From a candidate division WOR-3 bacterium (lineage in GTDB: Bacteria > Hydrothermota > Tepidihabitantia > SM23-42 > JAOAFX01): DNA of 32,635 nt. Of this stretch, positions 16,473 through 25,797 are shown one piece after another (the stretch's first letter is position 1; the number at the start of each line of letters is the position of its first letter). Below the pieces are notes generated by a model, which did not search any database, was not told the DNA's origin, and saw nothing but the letters and a program-made list of their open reading frames with translations. The translations under genes and the position numbers were made by a program. The stretch is from NCBI GenBank assembly GCA_037444665.1, contig JBBILZ010000026.1, positions 1-32,635 of the forward strand, read 5' to 3'.

Positions 16473-19247
16473 ATGTATATTCCTTTTTTCTATCACAGCA
16501 ATTATGGTTATGGTGGTTCTGATTTCAAAACCCTTTTTGAAGCCTTGAAAGAGTATAAAATTCCTGCCTGCGGGATTGTTGATGCCACATTCTTTGGACT
16601 CAACGAATTTTTAAATTTTGCAAAGGGATACAGGGTAAAACCAATCATCGGCTCAAGAATTTTTTTATCCGGTCAAGAACAGAGCAGGGAATTCAGTCCC
16701 GTGATTTCCGCATTTATTTACCTCTTTATAAAAAATAAAACAGGTTATACAAATCTGTGCCAGATTCTCACCCAATACGCTTTTAAAAATTTAACTCTGG
16801 AATTCTTAAAAGAACACTCACCTGGACTTGTGCTTGTATCAAATTATGAGAAGATACTTGATGAGTTATCAACTGCATTTTCTGATATCTATTTTTTATT
16901 ATCTCCGCATTCTGTTATCCTTTCCCAAAAAAGGATACCCATTATAGGAGGCAATGATATATTCTATGTCCGACCTGAAGAGCGTATGATTTACCGACTT
17001 TTATCACGGATAAAAAAATTTAAGCCCGAAGATATAGAAAATAGAATCAATTATTTAATCAACCCTGAAAGATTTATCAAACTATATTATCAATACCCTG
17101 AGGCAGTCAGAAATCTTTTTAAATTTGCTGAGATATGTGATTATACCCCTGCACCAGCACAATGGATATTTCCGAAGACAGAAAGGACGCTTATGGAAAT
17201 TATCAAAGCAAAATATCGTAATCTTAACAACGAAGAAAAGAGGCGTCTGGCATTTGAATACAGGATTATCAGGGAGATGGGATTTGAGCCATACTTTGTG
17301 TTGATTTACGAATTAAAAGAGTTTGCAAAGGAAAAGGGTATCGGGATGAATGTGCGCGGCTCAGCTGCTTCATCATTTATTCTATATCTTTTGGGTATCT
17401 CTATTGTTAATCCACTAAAATACAATCTACCGTTTGAGAGATTTTTAAATCAAAAGCGTAGTGAACCGCCAGATATTGATGTGGATGTAGAATATAACCA
17501 GCGCGAACACTTAATCAGTGAAATTTATAAAAAATTTGGTAATGATTATGTTGCCCGAATCAGTATGATAAACCGTTTTCAAACAAGGGCAAGGTTCAGG
17601 CATACAGCGCGTGCATATGGTATTTCAACATTGGAATTGAGAAAACTTAAAGAGCATTCGGGCGAGCAATTGATTAAAGATATAACCAGACTATCAACAA
17701 GGATTGATAATTATCCCTATTATTTTTCCTGCCATCCCAGTGGTATTGTTATCACGCCAGAACCAGTATTTAATTATGTCCCGCTCTATCCCAGCCCACA
17801 GGGTGCTATTACCCACTTTGATAAAGATGGTATTGGTATTACCGGTCTTGTCAAAATTGATATTCTTGGTGTTCGTGGTTTTCCTGAACTCTATCTTAAA
17901 AAAGAAGGCATAGATTTTAATGACCAATCAGTATACAGATTCATTGCTGAGGCAAAGACTATTGGCTGTTTTCAGATTGAGAGTCCGATGGTGAGGCAGA
18001 TTTTAAAAAGAATACGACCGAAAAACCTGATGGACATTGCCAATGCCATAGCCATAATCAGACCAGGACCAGCACAGGGTGGTATGAAGGAAAAATTTTT
18101 AAAACGGCTCAATGGTAAAGAGATTATTGATTGTATCAATCCGGTTCTGGATGAGATTTTAAAAGAAACACTCGGCATCCCTGTGTATCAGGAACAGATT
18201 CTGAGTATGGCAAACCGCTTTGCTGGTTTTTCTCTTGAGGATGCAGACCTTCTGAGGAGGGCAATAACCAAGGAACGGAATTCTGATTTAATAAATAAAA
18301 TCAAAAAAGGATTTTACAAGCAGGCATCAAATTTGGGTTATACTACACAGGAGATTGAAAAGGTCTGGCAGAGAATTTCTGCATTTTCTTCATTCGGTTT
18401 TAATAAGGCACACAGCATCACCTATGCCACCCTTGCCTATCTTTCTGCCTACCAGAAATTGTATAATCCCTTAGAATTTTTCTGTCGCTTGATAAATAAT
18501 CAAGGCGGTTATTATCCGCTCTATGCCTATATCAATGAAGCACGTAGATGGGGTATAAAGATGCTGGGACCGGATTTACATCAGAGTGGATATGGTTTTT
18601 CAATAAAAAATGGTTGTTTGCGCACCGGGTTCAATATGGTCAGAAATCTTTCCCTGCCAACAATAAAAAAAATAATAAAATTAAGGCCCTTCAATTCTGC
18701 AACAGAATTCTTTCTGCAGGTGCGACCGGATGTGGAAGAGGGTGTGAGTCTGATAAAATCCGGAGCACTTGACCTTTTTGGTTTATCCCTACCTGAATTA
18801 TATTTTTTACTATTACAATCATCTTTACACAGACACAGGTATACTCCATTGGCACAACAAAATCTTGTAAAAGAGGAATTTTTCCGAACATATTTTTCTG
18901 ATTTTACACAAAGACAAAAATTACAACAACAATTATCAGTGCTCAATTTTATTCCTGCTCAGCATATCCTTGAATTCTTATATCCAGAAAGGAAGATTCG
19001 GATTGTTGATATGAACCAGAAGCTGAATTCAAATCAATTGATTGGCTTGGTAATATCAAAGAGGACAATTCTTACGCAACACAACAAATTTTTATCTTTT
19101 TTCAGCGTTGATGATGAAACCGGTGTGCTTGATACTGTGTTATTTCCGGGTCAGTATCAGATTGAACCCACATTACCAGTAATCACAATAAAATATCCTT
19201 ATACCAGGCAAATAGATATTACTGATTATCCATTATTTTCTGAATAA
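16473..19247 (+). CDS. dnaE2: DnaE2-like C-family DNA polymerase alpha subunit with degenerate PHP domain (alternative start 16458)
   Basis: RGSAASS, FERFLN, PPDIDVD, HPSG, KIDILG, FQIES, YQEQ, FGFNKAHS; PHP metal ligands largely replaced; directly follows dinB. Confidence 0.85.
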   Translation: MYIPFFYHSNYGYGGSDFKTLFEALKEYKIPACGIVDATFFGLNEFLNFAKGYRVKPIIGSRIFLSGQEQSREFSPVISAFIYLFIKNKTGYTNLCQILTQYAFKNLTLEFLKEHSPGLVLVSNYEKILDELSTAFSDIYFLLSPHSVILSQKRIPIIGGNDIFYVRPEERMIYRLLSRIKKFKPEDIENRINYLINPERFIKLYYQYPEAVRNLFKFAEICDYTPAPAQWIFPKTERTLMEIIKAKYRNLNNEEKRRLAFEYRIIREMGFEPYFVLIYELKEFAKEKGIGMNVRGSAASSFILYLLGISIVNPLKYNLPFERFLNQKRSEPPDIDVDVEYNQREHLISEIYKKFGNDYVARISMINRFQTRARFRHTARAYGISTLELRKLKEHSGEQLIKDITRLSTRIDNYPYYFSCHPSGIVITPEPVFNYVPLYPSPQGAITHFDKDGIGITGLVKIDILGVRGFPELYLKKEGIDFNDQSVYRFIAEAKTIGCFQIESPMVRQILKRIRPKNLMDIANAIAIIRPGPAQGGMKEKFLKRLNGKEIIDCINPVLDEILKETLGIPVYQEQILSMANRFAGFSLEDADLLRRAITKERNSDLINKIKKGFYKQASNLGYTTQEIEKVWQRISAFSSFGFNKAHSITYATLAYLSAYQKLYNPLEFFCRLINNQGGYYPLYAYINEARRWGIKMLGPDLHQSGYGFSIKNGCLRTGFNMVRNLSLPTIKKIIKLRPFNSATEFFLQVRPDVEEGVSLIKSGALDLFGLSLPELYFLLLQSSLHRHRYTPLAQQNLVKEEFFRTYFSDFTQRQKLQQQLSVLNFIPAQHILEFLYPERKIRIVDMNQKLNSNQLIGLVISKRTILTQHNKFLSFFSVDDETGVLDTVLFPGQYQIEPTLPVITIKYPYTRQIDITDYPLFSE

Positions 19248-20542
19248 TTATTTGCGTATGATTCAGGTGTAATCTGTCTTCCGCCAATATTGTTGAATAC
19301 CGCATAGAAGAACTGCACCAAGCCGGGGTGAGCAATATCTCTTAATCGCGCAATCCTCTTGCAGATATTTGAGATTGAATAAAATTCTTTTTTCAGAAGG
19401 TGATAGCCCTTGATCAACTGTTCCACACTCATATTTTTAGGTTTGAATACAACTGTGGAATGATTGTATTTGCTCCAATCTTCAGTGAGGAGGCGACCTT
19501 CATCCTTTAATCGCTGATATAATCTTGTTCCTGGATAGGGCGTCAGAATATTGAATGTAGCAGTGCTAATACGAGTTCTGTATAAATAATCAATGCTATC
19601 TTCAAAGATATCATAGGTATCTTCATCCAGCCCAAAGACAAAGGAAGGATGGAAGAGAATGCCGGCGTCCTGAATCATTTTTACTGCATCAATATTTTCC
19701 TGCATTGTCTTAAGGGTCTTCTGAAACTTTGATGAGCCCTTTTTTGATACTGATTCTACTCCGATAAAGAGTCCGCGGCAGCCAGATTTGTGACAAAGAT
19801 TTAATAGTTCTCTATCGCGGGTAATATTGATTGTGCTCTGACCACCCCACTGGATCTTTAATGGTGCAAGTGCCCGGAATAATTCCTTTGCATATTTAGG
19901 ATTACCTACAACATTATCATCAAGGTTTAAAAAAATCTTTGACCCGGCATTTTCAATATCTTTTATAACATGGGCAATAGGCAGGTGTCTGACCTTTTTA
20001 CCAAAGACATCGCTCACTGAACAAAATTCACAATTATAAGGGCAGCCCCTTGTAGTAAAAAATCCGGGCCATTTTAAACCGAGGATTACAGGTTCTAATT
20101 TTAGGTCTCTTCTGGGAAGCGGAGATTTGCTCAGGTCAAAAGGACCAGAACGATATATTTTTTTGAGTTGATTATTTTTAAAATCATCAAGCACGGTTTT
20201 CCAGATGCCTTCTGCTTCGCCAATGACGACCGCATCTCCATATTTTAATGCCTCATCCGGCAAGACTGAAGCATGGATACCTCCGAAGACAATCTTTGTT
20301 CCTTTTTCTTTTAGCCTCTGAGCAATTTTATACCCGCGCGGTGCATTTGCGGTCATTATTGAAATTCCAGCAAGGTCATATTCTTTATTAAAATCAATGT
20401 CCTTTATCTGCTCATCAATTACTGTCAGTGCTATGTCAGGAGGCGTTAATGCGGCAAGAATATGTAGTGCAAGCTGCGGGATTTTTAATCCAATCGGTGG
20501 CTTCTTTTCTGAAGAACGGGGTGTTACAAGTAATAATTTCAC
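19226..20542 (-). CDS. B12-binding domain radical SAM protein (start probably GTG 20542, not 20614)
   Basis: N-terminal cobalamin-binding region (GGIHAS, GEAE), TRGCPYNCEFC cluster motif, TPYPGT; the longer ORF extension overlaps a promoter. Confidence 0.9.
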   Translation of the reverse strand: MKLLLVTPRSSEKKPPIGLKIPQLALHILAALTPPDIALTVIDEQIKDIDFNKEYDLAGISIMTANAPRGYKIAQRLKEKGTKIVFGGIHASVLPDEALKYGDAVVIGEAEGIWKTVLDDFKNNQLKKIYRSGPFDLSKSPLPRRDLKLEPVILGLKWPGFFTTRGCPYNCEFCSVSDVFGKKVRHLPIAHVIKDIENAGSKIFLNLDDNVVGNPKYAKELFRALAPLKIQWGGQSTINITRDRELLNLCHKSGCRGLFIGVESVSKKGSSKFQKTLKTMQENIDAVKMIQDAGILFHPSFVFGLDEDTYDIFEDSIDYLYRTRISTATFNILTPYPGTRLYQRLKDEGRLLTEDWSKYNHSTVVFKPKNMSVEQLIKGYHLLKKEFYSISNICKRIARLRDIAHPGLVQFFYAVFNNIGGRQITPESYANNYSENNG

Positions 20543-20547
20543 ATTTA

Positions 20548-20575
20548 ATAATAACCTTTTTATTGGTGATGTCAA
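20548..20575 (-). promoter_or_regulatory. Sigma70 promoter TTGACA-N16-TATTAT giving a leaderless radical SAM mRNA
   Basis: tgtcaa 20570-20575, ataata 20548-20553; GTG starts 5 nt after the -10. Confidence 0.6.
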
Positions 20576-20625
20576 GAGGGAGGGGATGCTGGAAAATTTT
20601 TGTAGTTGCCTCATTTATAAAGGAA

Positions 20626-20654
20626 TTGACATTTTATTTTTCCAGATGTATAAT
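20626..20654 (+). promoter_or_regulatory. Sigma70 promoter TTGACA-N17-TATAAT upstream of rtcA
   Basis: Perfect consensus hexamers at 20626-20631 and 20649-20654. Confidence 0.75.
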
Positions 20655-20661
20655 TGGGTCA

Positions 20662-20766
20662 ATGGATTCAATCAATACAATAAAAAATGAAATTGCTCGG
20701 TTAGAAAAAAATATTATCATTTGGCTGGACCAGCAGATGCTATACTGCATCTATATAAAATTGTAA
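20662..20766 (+). CDS. Possible leaderless 34-aa ORF or gene remnant (MDSINTIKNEIARLEKNIIIWLDQQMLYCIYIKL)
   Basis: ATG lies 7 nt after the -10 hexamer, at the expected +1; no recognised family. Confidence 0.3.
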   Translation: MDSINTIKNEIARLEKNIIIWLDQQMLYCIYIKL

Positions 20767-20794
20767 ATTAAGATTTTTGAAAAATGGGTGTGTG

Positions 20795-21814
20795 ATGTTG
20801 AAAATTGATGGTAGTTATTTAGAGGGTGGTGGTCAAATAATAAGAACTGCGATTGCCCTATCCACAATAACAAATACACCTGTCACGATATACAATATAA
20901 GAAAAGGTAGAGAAAGACCTGGATTAAAGCCGCAACACCTTGAAGGTATTAAGGCAGCAGCAAAGATATGTCAGGCAGAATTATCTGGTGCTCAACTTGA
21001 TTCTACAGATTTAACATTTATCCCGCAAAAGATTAGTGGTGGTTTTTATACCATTGATACCAGAACAGCAGGTGCCATTACACTAATCCTACAGCTTTTA
21101 ATACCCATTGGCATTTTTGCAGACAAAACTTTAAAACTTGATATTACAGGTGGAACGGCAGTTCCTTATAGCCCTAATATTTTATATTTTACCCAGGTTT
21201 TTTGTTATTATCTTAACAAGGTGGGAATAAATATCACAGCTGAGATAAAAAAACACGGTTTCTATCCAAGGGGCGGAGGAAATGTTGTAGTATATGTAAA
21301 TCCTAATAGACTTATACCCTGTGATTTCAATGAGCCTGGTCAGTTAAAAAAAGTTGAGGTCTTTGCGGTCTGTTCTAACCATTTAAAGAATGCAAAGGTA
21401 GCAGAGAGATTGATAATGGGTTTTCAGAATGTGTATGCAAAAATAAAGACAAAATATCAATATGTAGATACGGATTCTCCAGGTTGTTTTATTCAGGTAT
21501 GTGCCTTCTTTGAGAATTGTGTGCTCGGTTTTGATGGCCTTGGTAAAAAAGGAAAACCCGCAGAAGAGATTGGAAAAAGGGTAGGGGAGTTACTTAAATC
21601 TGCACTAAATAACCCGCCTGGTGCAGATGTTTATATGCTTGATCAGATAATACCTTACATTGCCCTTGTAGTTTCTACAACAGGTAGTTCAATTAAAATA
21701 AAATATTCTGAATTATCAATGCATACCCAAACCAATATGTGGGTGGTCAAACAATTCTTACCAGTGGAATTTGAGATACATCAGGATGTAATTGAATGCA
21801 GGAAAAAAATCTAA
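20795..21814 (+). CDS. rtcA: RNA 3'-terminal phosphate cyclase (start ATG 20795; track gives 20777)
   Basis: IDGSYLEGGGQIIR, RPGLKPQH, GGTAVPYSP, GFYPRGGG, DQI, catalytic His in SMHTQTN. Confidence 0.94.
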   Translation: MLKIDGSYLEGGGQIIRTAIALSTITNTPVTIYNIRKGRERPGLKPQHLEGIKAAAKICQAELSGAQLDSTDLTFIPQKISGGFYTIDTRTAGAITLILQLLIPIGIFADKTLKLDITGGTAVPYSPNILYFTQVFCYYLNKVGINITAEIKKHGFYPRGGGNVVVYVNPNRLIPCDFNEPGQLKKVEVFAVCSNHLKNAKVAERLIMGFQNVYAKIKTKYQYVDTDSPGCFIQVCAFFENCVLGFDGLGKKGKPAEEIGKRVGELLKSALNNPPGADVYMLDQIIPYIALVVSTTGSSIKIKYSELSMHTQTNMWVVKQFLPVEFEIHQDVIECRKKI

Positions 21815-21824
21815 AATTTAATTA

Positions 21825-23060
21825 TTAATTTTCGCCTTCTTCGTGATGATGTTCGTAATCTGCGCCGGGCCCTGCTTCCATTCTCTTGCCCGTCTTTAAA
21901 AAGTAGGCATAAAGTGGTGACATATTTCTTAATTGTATAACGATCGGTGGAAATTCATTCAGCACATAATCTACATCTTCATTTGAATTATATTTTGATA
22001 GGGTCATCAATACAGAGCCCTGGCCCACTGCTGGGTCAATGTTTATTGCCTGTAATACATGGGACATCTTTAATGTTCTTGAGGTGCAGGCAGAACCACT
22101 GGTTACATATATCCCTTTCTGGTCCAAAAACAACAGCATACCTTCACCTTCAACAAATTCTATAGAAAAGTTAATATTATTAGGCAGGCGATTTATTGGA
22201 TGCCCATTCAGGTAAATGTATTCAATTCTCTGTGGTAGTTCTTCAATCAATCTTTTCTGCAGTATTCTCATCTGTCTGACATTTGTATCCATCTCCTGTT
22301 TTGCTATTTCACAGGCTTTCCCAAATCCTACAATTGACGGAATATTCTCTGTACCAGCACGCTTTCCTGATTCCTGAATACCACCATCAATCTGGGGAAT
22401 GATGCGTATTCCTTTTTTGATATATAGTGCTCCTGCTCCTTTTGGTCCATAGATTGTTGCCGCAGCAAAACTCAATAAATCAACATTCATCTCTTTGACA
22501 TCAATGGGTAAAATACCGGCACTGGCAACCGCATCAGTGTGAAATAGAGCACCTGCCTGATGGCTTATTTCAGCCAGTTCTTTAATTGCCTGAATTGTTC
22601 CTATTTCTGGATTGGCATGCTGGATTGAGACAAGAATTGTATTACTACGCAGATTTTTCTTTAATTCATCAGGTGCAATGGTTCCCTGATTGTCCACTGG
22701 TAGATAAGTGATTTCAAAACCATCCTGACCTAATCTTTTTACTGATTGGAGAATAGAAAAATGTTCAATCTTGGAGACAATAATATGATTACCTTTTTGT
22801 CTGTATGCGCCAGCAACCCCTTTTATTGCCAGATTATTTGATTCTGAACCGCAAGATGTAAAATAGATTTCTTCGGGTCGGGCATTAATTAAATCAGCAA
22901 CCTGGCTACGTGCTTTTTCAAGGGCATCCTTTGACTTTTGCCCCAATGAGTGAAGACTCTGGGCATTGCCATAGTCATCTTTCAGATATGGAACAATGGC
23001 ATTAAATACCCTTTCATCCAATTTTGTAGCAGAACCATTATCAAGATAGACACTTTTCAT
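21825..23060 (-). CDS. IscS/NifS-like cysteine desulfurase homolog lacking the PLP-binding lysine
   Basis: YLDNGSAT, IEHFS, HTDA, RAGTEN, SGSACTS; the canonical SxHKxYGPKG reads AAATIYGPKG. Confidence 0.9.
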   Translation of the reverse strand: MKSVYLDNGSATKLDERVFNAIVPYLKDDYGNAQSLHSLGQKSKDALEKARSQVADLINARPEEIYFTSCGSESNNLAIKGVAGAYRQKGNHIIVSKIEHFSILQSVKRLGQDGFEITYLPVDNQGTIAPDELKKNLRSNTILVSIQHANPEIGTIQAIKELAEISHQAGALFHTDAVASAGILPIDVKEMNVDLLSFAAATIYGPKGAGALYIKKGIRIIPQIDGGIQESGKRAGTENIPSIVGFGKACEIAKQEMDTNVRQMRILQKRLIEELPQRIEYIYLNGHPINRLPNNINFSIEFVEGEGMLLFLDQKGIYVTSGSACTSRTLKMSHVLQAINIDPAVGQGSVLMTLSKYNSNEDVDYVLNEFPPIVIQLRNMSPLYAYFLKTGKRMEAGPGADYEHHHEEGEN

Positions 23061-23061
23061 T

Positions 23062-23568
23062 TTACTTTAACAAACAGGTTTTTAAATCTTTATTGGTCAG
23101 ACACTTTTTTAGATTGTTCAGGCGATTTATATCTTCTTGTGTTTCCTTTATCAATTTATTTATGATTTTCAACTCATTTTTGCGCACAAAACTTTTCATC
23201 TCGTAGAGTATAAGTAAAGAGTCTTTTTCATACGCTATTGCAGTATCAACTGCATCTGCATTTGTCTTAATGTTTTTTAGTATCTCTTTTTTCTTTACAT
23301 TATTGAATGTATGGCGGTTGAGCATTGCCTGGATATATAAAGAATATTCATCAGGATAGAGTTCAAATGGCTGGCACACTTCAATTTTGCTGAGAATTTG
23401 ATTAAGCATATTGATCTGTCCTGCCTCGCGTGCTGCAAGCCACTTGAATGTTTCTTTCACCTCACTTGATTTCGTTTTTGTAGCAACACGCTTATAAAAA
23501 TTAAGTCCTCTCTTTCTTGCTTCAATATTTATTTCAATAACTTCACTTGCACAAAAAAGGTTTGCCAT
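23062..23568 (-). CDS. Ferritin/rubrerythrin-like protein with degenerate diiron ligands
   Basis: Family pattern GLNFY...FKWLAAREAGQ...AIAYEKDS...LIKETQED recognisable, but both ExxH motifs are altered. Confidence 0.65.
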   Translation of the reverse strand: MANLFCASEVIEINIEARKRGLNFYKRVATKTKSSEVKETFKWLAAREAGQINMLNQILSKIEVCQPFELYPDEYSLYIQAMLNRHTFNNVKKKEILKNIKTNADAVDTAIAYEKDSLLILYEMKSFVRKNELKIINKLIKETQEDINRLNNLKKCLTNKDLKTCLLK

Positions 23569-23580
23569 GTTACCCTCCTT

Positions 23581-24792
23581 TTATAATAATCTTTTTTCAC
23601 CAGTAATCTTCTGGATTTCAGTAATATCCTGGGTCACTTCAAGGCATCCAAGATATTCACCTTTTTGATTACGGACCGCGAAATATCTTATATAGATTAA
23701 TTTCCCACCCATATTAATCCAGAATTCAGCAACATTTCTCTTGTTGTTGCGAAAATCATCAAGGATTTGATTTACTACATGAACGCTCTTTTGCGGGTGA
23801 CATTGCTGAACTTTGCGACCTATTACTGCCTTTGTGCGTGGGAAGACCCTTTCTTTTGTCTGGCTGAAATAGGCGACTGTATCATTGCGGTCAACAAAAG
23901 TTATATCAACGGGAAGTGAATTTAATGAGTTTTCAAGTTCTTCAATGGTAAAACTTCCAGTATCAAACTGAACACTATTTTCAGAAAGCACCGCAGATTT
24001 TTCCGGCTCTTTTTCTATTTTTTCTTTTTCAATCTCGGGAGTGAAACAGCAGTATCCAATCTCATCAAATTCTTTTTTAATTTCTTGCCATTCACCTACA
24101 CCTATTACATTCATTGCAGTTGGAAACAGGATATTATTTTCTTTATAAAAATGGCTTGCCAGTATCTCATTTATACTTACCCCGGTACCATCTATCTTTT
24201 GAACAAAATCAGAAAAAGTATGTTCTTCTTTTTTTTCAAGAATATTATAAAAATTTTTCTTTAATTCACGAATTTTGTTATGTTCTGACCACATAATTGC
24301 TGGTGGCTGGGTAATGCCATGTTTTTCAAGATAGGGGAAAAGGACATTCTCTTCTCTTAAATAGTGTTTTTCTGAATCTTTAAAATGCTGGGCAATATGT
24401 TCTAAAAAATCTATTTGCTCTTTTGCTTTTTCCCAGCCTTGCTTATTCTTCAATATAGCCACTGTATTTTTTATTTCATTTGCATATGAAAGGAGAATTT
24501 TATGTTCTTCCATAAGGATATTGATTGGATGACCAGGTGGTGCAATTGTTTTTTCTTTTTCCAGAGATTCTTTGAACATTGCAATATGGACATCGCAGAG
24601 TTTATGGATTTCTTCTACAGGCATCCCCTCTTTTATAAGTTCTTCCTCAATTCGCGCAATTTCTTCGGGACCGGCACCCTGTATGATGTTAGCAAATTTT
24701 GATTTAATATCGTTAAGGTTAGTACCACTATGCAATTTTCTTATCAACTCTTTTAATTGTTCCTTTTTGTTCTTTCCAAATACTTCACTCAT
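23581..24792 (-). CDS. DUF438 + hemerythrin-like + PAS domain protein
   Basis: EIARIEEELI..LCDVH (DUF438), GHPINILMEEH, HYLREENVLFPYLE, MWSEH, KENNILFP, PAS region LPVDITFVD..IGRKVQQCHP..LEVTQDI. Confidence 0.9.
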   Translation of the reverse strand: MSEVFGKNKKEQLKELIRKLHSGTNLNDIKSKFANIIQGAGPEEIARIEEELIKEGMPVEEIHKLCDVHIAMFKESLEKEKTIAPPGHPINILMEEHKILLSYANEIKNTVAILKNKQGWEKAKEQIDFLEHIAQHFKDSEKHYLREENVLFPYLEKHGITQPPAIMWSEHNKIRELKKNFYNILEKKEEHTFSDFVQKIDGTGVSINEILASHFYKENNILFPTAMNVIGVGEWQEIKKEFDEIGYCCFTPEIEKEKIEKEPEKSAVLSENSVQFDTGSFTIEELENSLNSLPVDITFVDRNDTVAYFSQTKERVFPRTKAVIGRKVQQCHPQKSVHVVNQILDDFRNNKRNVAEFWINMGGKLIYIRYFAVRNQKGEYLGCLEVTQDITEIQKITGEKRLL

Positions 24793-24807
24793 TGGAACTC
24801 CTTTCTT

Positions 24808-25068
24808 TTAAATTGTTACTACCTTATCAAATTCCATAATCAGGTCAACCAACCTGAAATAATCAACAGAATTTGAATCTATTTTTATTCCCCTTGCTTC
24901 TGCATCTGGCTCCATTACATAATTTTGACATACCAATTCAATATTATGTTTAGCAATATAAATGCCATTTTGAATAAAAACAACGCAGTCTGAGATATCA
25001 ATCAATCTTTTTAAAAATCTGATATTTTCCTGATTGGGTGTTTGACTGAAAAGGAAGAGAGTTCTCAT
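24808..25068 (-). CDS. DsrH/TusB family sulfur-relay protein
   Basis: FIQNGIY, DAEARGI, VDYFRLVDLI; third gene of a dsrEFH-like triad. Confidence 0.85.
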   Translation of the reverse strand: MRTLFLFSQTPNQENIRFLKRLIDISDCVVFIQNGIYIAKHNIELVCQNYVMEPDAEARGIKIDSNSVDYFRLVDLIMEFDKVVTI

Positions 25069-25070
25069 AT

Positions 25071-25421
25071 CTAAAAAGTTAATACTACATCTGCATTATT
25101 TATCATTTTTTTCAATTCTTCATATGAGATAATATTTGCTTTTACGAGTTCCTCAAAGTCCAGATTTCTCATTTGAATTGAGTCTTCTACAAGAAATAGA
25201 TTGATGTTATAATCAGTGATATTATTATAAACTTCGGAAATCGGTTTCATTTGAAGTTTTGCCGGAGATTGTCCTTTTATTGCCCCATAAACACCATCAC
25301 CGATAAGAATTAAGTCAACCTGGGTTTCAGAAAATGCAAGGCCGAGCCCGGCACGGAATGCCTCAGCACTTATACTGGAGCCATAGGGTGGCTTTGTGCT
25401 TAAGATAACAACTTTTTTCAT
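25071..25421 (-). CDS. DsrF/TusC family sulfur-relay protein
   Basis: KPPYGS, LIGDGVY, DSIQMRNL, C-terminal ADVVLTF. Confidence 0.85.
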   Translation of the reverse strand: MKKVVILSTKPPYGSSISAEAFRAGLGLAFSETQVDLILIGDGVYGAIKGQSPAKLQMKPISEVYNNITDYNINLFLVEDSIQMRNLDFEELVKANIISYEELKKMINNADVVLTF

Positions 25422-25789
25422 TCGCCCAATCCTAAGGTTATGAATCTATCACACTCTTCAATGATTTCGGCAAGGGTCGCAATGCCAGTCAATCTGGTGC
25501 CTTCAACCAATAGGTCACGCGTTAATCCGCGAAAATGGGCACAGTCACCACAGGCAACAATTCGTGCTCCTTCATCAGCCAGTTCTTTAAACATAGATGG
25601 AATATGCCTTTCACCAGGAGATTTGATATTTTTATTAAGGGCAACAACTGCATCAAGGTATAAAAAGATACTGACACCATAACCTTTTTTCAAAGCTGCC
25701 TTACTTAAATGATACGCAGTATCCAGATGTTCAAAAGTATATGGCCCAGCAGTTATTAAAAATCCGATTTTCTTTTTTTGAGCTTCCAT
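25418..25789 (-). CDS. DsrE/TusD family sulfur-relay protein
   Basis: AGPYT, IFLYLDAV, active-site ACGDCAHFRG, CDRFITL. Confidence 0.88.
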   Translation of the reverse strand: MEAQKKKIGFLITAGPYTFEHLDTAYHLSKAALKKGYGVSIFLYLDAVVALNKNIKSPGERHIPSMFKELADEGARIVACGDCAHFRGLTRDLLVEGTRLTGIATLAEIIEECDRFITLGLGE

Positions 25790-25797
25790 ATAAAATT

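Noticed and set aside
16681..16704. GGGA-ATTCAG-TCCC hairpin inside dnaE2, possibly an in-frame palindromic insertion
   Set aside because: Only a 4-bp stem in a naturally variable PHP loop; needs ortholog alignment.
20543..20614. N-terminal extension of the radical SAM ORF in the track
   Set aside because: It spans the promoter; family similarity starts at VKLLLVTP.
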